Origin: Oligoflexia bacterium
Lineage (GTDB): Bacteria > Bdellovibrionota > UBA1018
Direction of reading: 5' to 3'
DNA length: 64,000 nt
Assembly (NCBI GenBank): GCA_903881565.1
Contig: CAIRTR010000299.1
Location: 2,645 to 66,644, forward strand
Part shown: one piece after another, positions 57,601 through 64,000 of the stretch
Numbering within the stretch: position 1 is the stretch's first letter
Layout: each line of letters begins with the position of its first letter
Position numbers and translations under genes: made by a program
The notes under the pieces: generated by a model
What the model saw: the letters and a program-made list of their open reading frames with translations, nothing else
What the model was told of the DNA's origin: nothing
The model's database searches: none

Positions 57601-58031
57601 TTCAGTATGGAGTGCCACTTAAAGAGTTCGTGGATAAGTTCACCTTCACACGCTTTGAGCCTTCAGGGGTTGTCGATGGACATCCTAACGTGAAGATGGC
57701 AACCTCGATTGTGGATTATATTTTCCGCGTCCTGGGGATGGAGTACTTGGGGAGAACCGATTTTGTGCAAGTCAAACCCGCGGTGGATTTGACGGCTGAA
57801 AAAGGTGCTGCTTCACGTGTTTATCCTAAGGATACGGTTGCTAAAATTCTAGCCGCGCGCGATGCGCGTGATGCTGCTCGTGATTCGGCTACGAATGAAA
57901 CTACAATGTCTGGGCATTTGGCTGAGATGATGGGCGATGCGCCTCCTTGCGATAGCTGTGGTCACACCACCGTTCGTAACGGCGCTTGCTACAAGTGTCT
58001 GAACTGCGGCAACAGCATGGGTTGCAGCTGA
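54648..58031 (+). CDS. nrdJ: Class II (adenosylcobalamin-dependent) ribonucleotide reductase
   Basis: FNSPVWFN, PQCSACFI, KSGGTTRRAAKM, NPCSEY, APTGTI, LYRDGCK, TSCPD-like domain, C-terminal CxxC...CxxC. Confidence 0.96.
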   Translation: MEKITDQMTGTKAENTDATLGVIGANALLKKGNKKGNKLLNSKKEAPQLTLDSARELMAGTNRAHASHASHVAHVPMSRYFTRELNSNGMKPLDAVSYVYSTSKIKDTDGRTVFEMKDVEVPAGWSQLAVDILVSKYFRKAGVAGTGHETSIRQVIHRLSHTIASAGLQMGYFSADSAAIYEEELAYLLVHQMGAFNSPVWFNLGLSQEYGITGSGGNYAWDSVSMRIVEMKDAYVKPQCSACFIQAVDDDLMSIFQLVKNEARLFKYGSGTGTNFSKIRGQQEKLSGGGTSSGLMSFLDVFDKGAGATKSGGTTRRAAKMVCLDMDHPEIVDFITWKSREERKAKALIAAGYSSDFNGEAYKSIGGQNSNNSIRVNDEFMQAVEIGSKWNTRKRTSGEILDTYEARVLWKMVAEAAWSCADPGVQYDTTINKWHTCSGTDRINASNPCSEYMFLDDSACNLSSLNLVKFMRRDGSFDIEAYRNAARTFVVAQEILVDASSYPTERIAKNSHDYRPLGLGYANLGTMLMLKGIPYDSDEGRAWAGALTAIMTGHAYAVSAEEAAVMGPFAGYAQNRESMLNVIRMHREAAYKIDENKLPKELVAAAREDWDHALSMGEKHGFRNAQVSVLAPTGTIGLLMDCDTTGIEPDFALVKFKKLAGGGYFKIVNQSVPLALKNLGYDDSQVKAILTHILGSMSFEGAPHINQEFLRSKGLEERDIEKLEKTLAGTFEISSAFTRFTLGDELLKRIGVPAAEMEKPTFSFLRWAGLTDSQIEAAGEFICGTMTIEGAPQLKAEHLPVFDCANRCGKTGKRFIAPMGHVRMMAATQPFLSGAISKTVNVPNETTVEEIQEIYTQGWKLGLKAIALYRDGCKSSQPLSSKSESATDKKSPSALQAAAQADTQKTTTSVEATMTGPVWNPVRHKLPAKRQGFTQEAGVAGHKVYLRTGEYEDGTLGEVFIDMHKEGAAYRSMMNCFAISVSLGLQYGVPLKEFVDKFTFTRFEPSGVVDGHPNVKMATSIVDYIFRVLGMEYLGRTDFVQVKPAVDLTAEKGAASRVYPKDTVAKILAARDARDAARDSATNETTMSGHLAEMMGDAPPCDSCGHTTVRNGACYKCLNCGNSMGCS

Positions 58032-58035
58032 GAAG

Positions 58036-59010
58036 TTAATTAGGCCAGTCTTCGGGTAGAGGCGCCTCGATTAAAAGAGGCGCCTTTCCATTTGCGCTTG
58101 GGAGTGTGAGTTTCCACGCATGAAGCCACAAGCGCGTTGAGGACGTTTTTCCGTAAATAGGATCTCCCAGGATCGGTGCGCCGTTCGCACTTAAGTGGCA
58201 ACGGATCTGATGGAAGACTCCGGTTTTAATTTCAATCGTCAAATCAAGCAGGCGAATCTCGGGGGCGCTCTTGCATATTCGGGTGTCGCGGATAAGGGTG
58301 ATCGCCGGAAGTGGCTTGCCACGAATTTCACTCGCCCGCATTTTTTCCGCTTCAAATGCGATCATTCGTTTCGAAGAATGGCGCGAGTGGGCCAGCGGCG
58401 TGTTGATCGCCTCTGGTAATGGGTGCGGTGATTTTGGGCAAACAATCGCCCGATAGATTTTCTCAGAGGATTTCCACGCTTCTCTGAGGCGCACAAACTC
58501 TTGCGCGGTTTTCGCAAAAGCGAGAACACCACTGGTGCCGGTGTCCAATCGATGAAGGAGTCCTGGCTCAAGGGGCGGACAAGGACCCAGGTGAGGGGCA
58601 AGGCTTGAGAGCGATGCAAGCTGGGGTGCGCGCGCCAGGGCTGCGCTGACGGCTGTTCCGGTTTCAGAGCCCGATAACGGGAGGCTGGGCGTACCACTGG
58701 ACTTATTCAAGATCAGAAGATTTTCGTCTTCAAATAAAATCGGTAAGAAACACTCTTTGGCGCCTTGGGCTTGCGTGAGGTCATGAAGATCGGCCTCCGT
58801 TACCCCTTCAATTCTCACCCAGCAGCCTGGGGGAGCGATTTTATGTGATGGATCAAGCGGCCGGTCTGATTCGGCGTTTTTGATGCGCCCTTGCGTAAAC
58901 CACTGTTTGAGAATCCTTCTAGAAAAAGTAGAGGCATACCCTCGTAATGATTCGAGAATGAGGGAGTCAAGGCGAGTGGCGGTGTTTGTATGGAGTTCAA
59001 GTTTGAGCAC
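58036..59010 (-). CDS. RluA family pseudouridine synthase
   Basis: S4-like RLD, ILFEDENLLILNK, HRLDTGTSG, TGVFHQIRCHL, GDPIYG, LHAWKL. Confidence 0.93.
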   Translation of the reverse strand: MLKLELHTNTATRLDSLILESLRGYASTFSRRILKQWFTQGRIKNAESDRPLDPSHKIAPPGCWVRIEGVTEADLHDLTQAQGAKECFLPILFEDENLLILNKSSGTPSLPLSGSETGTAVSAALARAPQLASLSSLAPHLGPCPPLEPGLLHRLDTGTSGVLAFAKTAQEFVRLREAWKSSEKIYRAIVCPKSPHPLPEAINTPLAHSRHSSKRMIAFEAEKMRASEIRGKPLPAITLIRDTRICKSAPEIRLLDLTIEIKTGVFHQIRCHLSANGAPILGDPIYGKTSSTRLWLHAWKLTLPSANGKAPLLIEAPLPEDWPN

Positions 59011-59081
59011 GCTGTTTATGAGTTTTTCATAAGATTAGTTTGTTTCCAAATAGAAACGCTCTCAGCTAGGATGCCCTCGTT

Positions 59082-60137
59082 ATGGCGTCTCGTTTTTCGG
59101 TTTTACAATATCCCGAAGTTCTACCTGTCCGTGCGCTGCATGCCCTGGTTCGCGCGCGCCTCATAGGCGCTGGCTTTAAGTGGGAGACGCGCCGAACGGG
59201 GGATCTGCAGATTGGTTTATGGCGCAAGTCGTTGGCTCCGAAGTCCAAAGCAAAAACACTTCCTGCGCCGAGCGCTCATGAAAAAGTGAAGCGGATTGTC
59301 TGGATCCCGACCTTGGGGGATTCTCCGCTTTCGTGGTTTCCGGTTTTGATGCTTCTCAAAACTTTTTTACGAGGCAAGCGGGGCAAGTACGATGAACTTG
59401 TTGTTGTAGATTATCCGGGATTTTCTGGCTTTTTGGCCAAGGAGCCGGCCTTTCATTCTTTAGACCTTTTGTTTGAAAATACCTTCGACGTTTTTGATTC
59501 GCTCAAGCCTCACACGCTGGTTGGACATGGCCTGGGCGGCTGGCTTGCGGCTCGCTACGCGGTTTATTGGGGGCAAGGCGGACGAAAGAAAACTCGCGGC
59601 TACGATGGGCCAAAAAAAATCATTGTCGTGGATCCCGGAGGCGTGTTTCGCGATGCCTCAAGGCGATGGATGCTGCCTCAAATGTCTTTGCAGGAGAATC
59701 TGCAAGGCTCAGCCGACCAGAGAACGGACGAATCTAGGAGTGTCGCCTTTCGGCGCAAGATGTTTAAGCGCGAGCCGCGCTGGCTTAAGTTTCTGACGGG
59801 AGATTTGGATCGATGCCTTGGGACTCCAGAGATCCAGAAACTCGGGGAATCCGTTCGGCTTGAGCATTTGCTGGATCGAAAGCTCGATTCACTGCGGTGT
59901 CCCGCCGTTGTCATTTGGGGTGAAAACGACGAAGTGGTTCCCTGTGCCGCTTTGGGTACGTGGCTTGAGGAACTCGCACAGAGTGAAGGGTTTGGCTCAT
60001 ACGGCGTTGTTCTGCATGGGTGTGGCCATTCGCCTCATCTGGAAAAGCCGCTGATGCTTACCCGTGTGCTCTCCTCGGCACTTAAGGGGCAACGGCTTGC
60101 TTCAAGAGCAGGGAAGTGGACGGCTATACATCCTTGA
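59082..60137 (+). CDS. Alpha/beta hydrolase fold protein lacking the nucleophilic Ser
   Basis: DYPGF, LVGHGLGGW, IWGENDEVVP, CGHSPHLEKP. Confidence 0.8.
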   Translation: MASRFSVLQYPEVLPVRALHALVRARLIGAGFKWETRRTGDLQIGLWRKSLAPKSKAKTLPAPSAHEKVKRIVWIPTLGDSPLSWFPVLMLLKTFLRGKRGKYDELVVVDYPGFSGFLAKEPAFHSLDLLFENTFDVFDSLKPHTLVGHGLGGWLAARYAVYWGQGGRKKTRGYDGPKKIIVVDPGGVFRDASRRWMLPQMSLQENLQGSADQRTDESRSVAFRRKMFKREPRWLKFLTGDLDRCLGTPEIQKLGESVRLEHLLDRKLDSLRCPAVVIWGENDEVVPCAALGTWLEELAQSEGFGSYGVVLHGCGHSPHLEKPLMLTRVLSSALKGQRLASRAGKWTAIHP

Positions 60138-61875
60138 AGCGCTGGTCATCATGCGCGGGCAGTTCTCCCGAGGCGCCGGGCTTGATCTGCGCAAATGGTT
60201 CCTGAACTGCTTGGTGGCGTTCTTTTTTTTGCGTAAAATGAATGACCTTGCTGGATTGTTTGGAATGCTGCTTCGGCATTTTTTCAACCAGGGGTTGAGG
60301 GGATTGCTGCCCGTTCACAATTGATAGGAGCTCTGCAACCGCATTGCGGAGATTCTCGGCATCCTTGGCGAGCGACCCTGAGGCCGATGAAGACTGCTCA
60401 GATGCGGCGGTGTTTTGTTGGGTGACTTTATTGAGTTCATTCATGGCATTTGAAATTTCATCAGCTCCTCGGGCTTGTTCTTCAGTGGCAGCGCTGATGT
60501 GGCCCACCATTTGCGAAACCTGACTGACATTTGAAACAAGACCATCGAGGACTTCTCCGCAGCGTTTTGCAATCACGGTTCCTGCTTCAACTTTAGATTT
60601 TCCTGAGGAAATCAAATGCTCGACTTTGGTCTGCGTATTTTGAACGATGCTTTGCACTTTATCGATACTGCCCTCCAGGAGCGCCGAAATTTCTTTTGCG
60701 GCATTACCGCTCATTTGCGCGAGGTTTCCCACTTCTTCGGCCACAACGGCAAAGCCTTTGCCGTGCTCGCCGGCGCGCGCGGCTTCGACCGAGGCATTGA
60801 ACGAGAGGAGCTTGGTCTGAAAGACGATGTCGTTGATGACTTTGGTTTTGTTTCCGATTTCCACGATGACTTTGGTGATTTCGGAAATCTCGCGGTTACT
60901 CTCTTGAATCTGCACCATGATGTCATTGTTGGACGCATTGATCTCGCCGATGGCGTTGATCATATCCCCCACGACTTTTTTGCCTTCGGTCGCGCTATTT
61001 TGGCTCTCAGAGGCGAGCTGGATCGAGTTTTTGGCATTCTCGGCACTCGTCGCGGCCGTCGCCGTCAACTCTTGCACCGAAGCTGCGGTTTCCTGGATAG
61101 CGGCCGCCTGCTCAGTTGCGCCCGAAGAGAGAGAGTGGCTCGTGGCCGCGATTTCTTGTGCAGCGGAGGCGACCCCATCGGAGCCTCGGGAGAGGGACTC
61201 TGCGGTGAGGCCAATCGATTGTGTAAGCGAGGAAGAAAAACGAAAACCGATGAATAGGCCTGCCGCGAGACCCCCGAGGGAGACGGCGAGTAAAATGATC
61301 ATTCCAATCGTGTTGGCGTTTTCAGCCTGTTTGACCCAAGCTTTCGATTGATCGGTTTGAAAATCCAGCAGTTTGGTGATCGCATGCCGATAGGCAAGGG
61401 CAACCGTCATGCAATCGCCGAAGAAGATCTCGCGCATTTTGGCTAAATCGGCCGGAGTTCCTGCTTTTTGAAAAGCCAGGATGTTAGCGCCGACAACTTT
61501 GAACTTTTTCCACTCGTTATTGACCTCGTCGTAAAGGGCTTGTTCACCCGGAACAAACGGAATGTCGTTATAAGCCTTGTCAGCGGCTTCATAAGCTTTG
61601 GTGCCGTCTTCGACCTCTTTGATGGCGGTTTGGCTTTGCGCAGGTGTCACGCCTTGGATGCCGAGGGTTCTAAGTCCAATTCGAATTTTTCTTAATTCTG
61701 AAAGCATGGTGCCGAGAAATGCGGTGTTGGGGAGATTGACGTGAGCCACGTGATCATATTTGTGAGTGACTTGTTCGAAAGCGATAAAACTGATGATCCC
61801 CGAGATGAAGGTAAAGCTTGAGAGAAGGATAACGAGGGCGAGGATTTGCTTTTTCAGACCTTTGTTTTTGAACAT
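60124..61875 (-). CDS. Methyl-accepting chemotaxis protein with four-helix-bundle sensor domain
   Basis: Two TM segments; IVFQTKLLSFNASVEAARAGEHGKGFAVVAEEV; upstream TAAA-N16-ACCGAATA sigma28-like site. Confidence 0.95.
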   Translation of the reverse strand: MFKNKGLKKQILALVILLSSFTFISGIISFIAFEQVTHKYDHVAHVNLPNTAFLGTMLSELRKIRIGLRTLGIQGVTPAQSQTAIKEVEDGTKAYEAADKAYNDIPFVPGEQALYDEVNNEWKKFKVVGANILAFQKAGTPADLAKMREIFFGDCMTVALAYRHAITKLLDFQTDQSKAWVKQAENANTIGMIILLAVSLGGLAAGLFIGFRFSSSLTQSIGLTAESLSRGSDGVASAAQEIAATSHSLSSGATEQAAAIQETAASVQELTATAATSAENAKNSIQLASESQNSATEGKKVVGDMINAIGEINASNNDIMVQIQESNREISEITKVIVEIGNKTKVINDIVFQTKLLSFNASVEAARAGEHGKGFAVVAEEVGNLAQMSGNAAKEISALLEGSIDKVQSIVQNTQTKVEHLISSGKSKVEAGTVIAKRCGEVLDGLVSNVSQVSQMVGHISAATEEQARGADEISNAMNELNKVTQQNTAASEQSSSASGSLAKDAENLRNAVAELLSIVNGQQSPQPLVEKMPKQHSKQSSKVIHFTQKKERHQAVQEPFAQIKPGASGELPAHDDQRFKDV

Positions 61876-62204
61876 GGGTGGTTTCTCACTTTCAGTTTTC
61901 TTCTTGTTGCGTTCCCTGAGCTATTCGGTGTTCCTTCTCCAAGAGTTTAGCCTCTTAGTGCCTGTTTTATATTAAGGTTTGTCCATAATGGGCCCATGAT
62001 ATGAATGTTTGTGAAATCCCGAAGGTTTAGCAGCGCATCTCTCGAGCCGCGATCCGCCCCACCCGCGCATTCGGAAGTCCGAATCTTGCTCCAATCGTCC
62101 GGTCTCTGAACTGATCGAAAAACGCAACTCAGCGATTCCAAAAGAAAAGCTCCTGGCTCCGATCCTGCAATTCTGCCGGATCCTCACAGCACAAAGGAGA
62201 CTTC

Positions 62205-62453
62205 ATGTTTAATACCCTCAGATATGCTAAGATGCTAGAAGAGACCGGCTTTTCCAGAGAGCAGGCTGAAACTTCGATAAAAATTTTGGTGGAAATTATG
62301 GAAGACAAACTGGCTTCTAAACAAGATTTGCAAGAGTTACGAGTCGAGATCCAGCATTCGATTGCTCAACTTGAATCTAAACTTACTATTCGAATGGGAA
62401 CGATGCTTGCGGCTTCAATCGCGATTTTGACGGCGATTCAAAAGTTCGTTTGA
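62205..62453 (+). CDS. DUF1640 / CCDC90-like coiled-coil protein
   Basis: FNTLRYAKMLEETGFSREQAE...LASKQDL, C-terminal TM segment; RBS AAGGAG; sigma54-like TGGCTCCGATCCTGCA at 62154. Confidence 0.85.
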   Translation: MFNTLRYAKMLEETGFSREQAETSIKILVEIMEDKLASKQDLQELRVEIQHSIAQLESKLTIRMGTMLAASIAILTAIQKFV

Positions 62454-62525
62454 AAGTTCGTTTGAAGGACTAGGGCACCCAGAGTCATTGACCCCCATCG
62501 CGCTTCAGGATAAGACCCACCCACC

Positions 62526-63470
62526 ATGGATCTATTTTTCGAAATCGCGCGCCTCAAAAAAGAAAAGAACGCCGTACTTTTGGCTCACTACTATCAAGAG
62601 CCCGACATTCAAGACATTGCTGACTTCGTAGGCGATAGCCTGGAGCTGGCGCGTGCGGCCCAAAAAACCACGGCCGATCTTATTGTTTTTGCGGGCGTTC
62701 ATTTTATGGCTGAAGGCGCAAAGATCCTGAACCCCTCACGCAAAGTCGTGCTGCCCGATATGCGCGCGGGCTGCTCGCTTTCGGATAGTTGCCCCCCCGA
62801 AGCGTTTGCGCGTTTTCGCGCCCTGCATCCGGATCATTTTGTAATCTCATACATCAACTGTTCAGCTGCGATCAAAGCACAGAGTGACGTGATCTGTACG
62901 AGTTCCAACGCGGTAAAAATCGTGGAACGAGTGACTCGTGAGTTTGGTCCTGATCGCCCGATTATTTTTGCGCCTGATCGCAATTTAGGTGCTTATGTGG
63001 CCAAACAAACGGGCAAGAAGATCGGCAGCCAGATGCTGCTCTGGCAGGGTACGTGTATCGTGCACGAGACTTTTTCAGAAAAGAAGATAGCCGCTTTGAA
63101 ATTAGAGCATCCCGAGGCCGAACTCATCGCACATCCGGAGTGCGAAGCGACGCTCCTTGAGAAGTCTGATTTTGTGGGGAGCACTTCGGCGCTTTTGAAG
63201 TACGTCATGGAGTCTTCTAAAAAGACTTTTATCGTCGCAACCGAAGAGGGGATCTTGCACCAGATGCGCAAAAAAGCGCCTGAAAAGCTGCTGATCCCCG
63301 CTCCGCCAAATGCGAACTGCGCGTGCAATGAATGCCCCTTCATGAAGCTCAATACGCTTGAGAAGATCCATCTTTGTCTGCGCGATGAAGCGCCTGAGAT
63401 GATTATGGATGAAGAACTTCGCAAAAAAGCGCTGCTTCCACTTCAGCGCATGCTGGATTGGTCAAACTAG
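62526..63470 (+). CDS. nadA: Quinolinate synthase A
   Basis: LAHYYQ, GDSL, GVHFMAE, AGCSL, YIN, TSSNA, CIVHE, HPEC, CPFMK. Confidence 0.97.
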   Translation: MDLFFEIARLKKEKNAVLLAHYYQEPDIQDIADFVGDSLELARAAQKTTADLIVFAGVHFMAEGAKILNPSRKVVLPDMRAGCSLSDSCPPEAFARFRALHPDHFVISYINCSAAIKAQSDVICTSSNAVKIVERVTREFGPDRPIIFAPDRNLGAYVAKQTGKKIGSQMLLWQGTCIVHETFSEKKIAALKLEHPEAELIAHPECEATLLEKSDFVGSTSALLKYVMESSKKTFIVATEEGILHQMRKKAPEKLLIPAPPNANCACNECPFMKLNTLEKIHLCLRDEAPEMIMDEELRKKALLPLQRMLDWSN

Positions 63471-63471
63471 A

Positions 63472-64000
63472 GTGCCCGAAAAGAAAATCCATGAGCCTAA
63501 TCCGCTGTGGAAACCCGGGGACCCCATTGAATCGCCCGTCCAGGCGATGAGTGCGATTGATTTTACGAAGCTTGATTCGACGCCTGCCTATAAGCTCATG
63601 ACGGGCGCGATTGTTCCTCGTCCGATTGCGCTGGTGAGCACGCAAGACCTTAATGGGGTGGTGAATGTCGCGCCCTTTAGTTTTTTTACCGGCGTTTCAA
63701 GCCATCCCCCGTGTCTGTTGCTGTCGATCACGCGCAAACCTGATGGCGGGAAAAAAGATACGCTTCTTAATATCGAAGCGACTCGAAGTTTTGTCGTCAA
63801 CACGGTCTCGTCTTGGATGGCGGGGCCGATGAATTATTGCTCAGCTGAGTTTCCGTACGGCGTGAGCGAGCTAGAAAAGTCTGGGTTTACGGCCGTGCCC
63901 TCGCTCAAAGTTGCGCCGCCCCGGATCGCGCAATCGCCGATTCATATGGAGTGTGAGCTTTATGCGCTTCACGAGGTGGGCGAGGGGGATTTAGGCTCCG
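63472..64000 (+). CDS. Flavin reductase-like family protein, partial (runs off the window end)
   Basis: Not in the ORF track. GTG 63472 (or ATG 63547): ...YKLMTGAIVPRPIALVST...NVAPFSFF...KDTLLNIEATRSFVVN...SPIHMECEL. Confidence 0.88.
   Translation, partial: MPEKKIHEPNPLWKPGDPIESPVQAMSAIDFTKLDSTPAYKLMTGAIVPRPIALVSTQDLNGVVNVAPFSFFTGVSSHPPCLLLSITRKPDGGKKDTLLNIEATRSFVVNTVSSWMAGPMNYCSAEFPYGVSELEKSGFTAVPSLKVAPPRIAQSPIHMECELYALHEVGEGDLGS

Noticed and set aside
54648..58031. Intein or intron in nrdJ
   Set aside because: Catalytic motifs are contiguous; no splice-junction or LAGLIDADG motifs seen.
61976..62008. dif-like site (tttgtccataa tgggcc catgatatgaat)
   Set aside because: The XerD arm does not match TTATGTTAAAT, and no dif-like site flanks the IS either.

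Overview
Bacterial chromosomal window of moderate GC. Gene content suggests Bdellovibrionota (inference: many secreted and lipoprotein orphans, a TPR-type regulator, solo IS1-like and Y1 transposases, sigma54/sigma28 promoter motifs). Housekeeping genes (tyrS, lnt, rlmL, class II nrdJ with tandem NrdR-like boxes, RluA, nadA) are mixed with accessory loci: RelE and VapC toxin-antitoxin pairs, a Fic gene between 26-bp direct repeats, an archaic chaperone-usher (spore coat U/Csu-like) pilus locus, and a metal-uptake operon led by a CxxC/RAPP leader peptide. The best candidate for an undescribed system is a translationally coupled five-gene operon (41587-47391). It encodes an ATP-grasp ligase fused to a PLP decarboxylase, a transglutaminase-like protein, a urea-transporter-fold channel, an outer-membrane barrel and a GATase-like lipoprotein, with a divergent C39-like peptidase. 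The second is a complete IS1202/IS481-like element (51136-53525) whose transposase has an IS21-IstA-like C-terminal extension and which carries an Avd/IVS-like four-helix-bundle passenger gene behind an RBS-occluding hairpin. No rRNA, tRNA or CRISPR array was recognised. All calls come from motif recognition by eye; no database searches were run.
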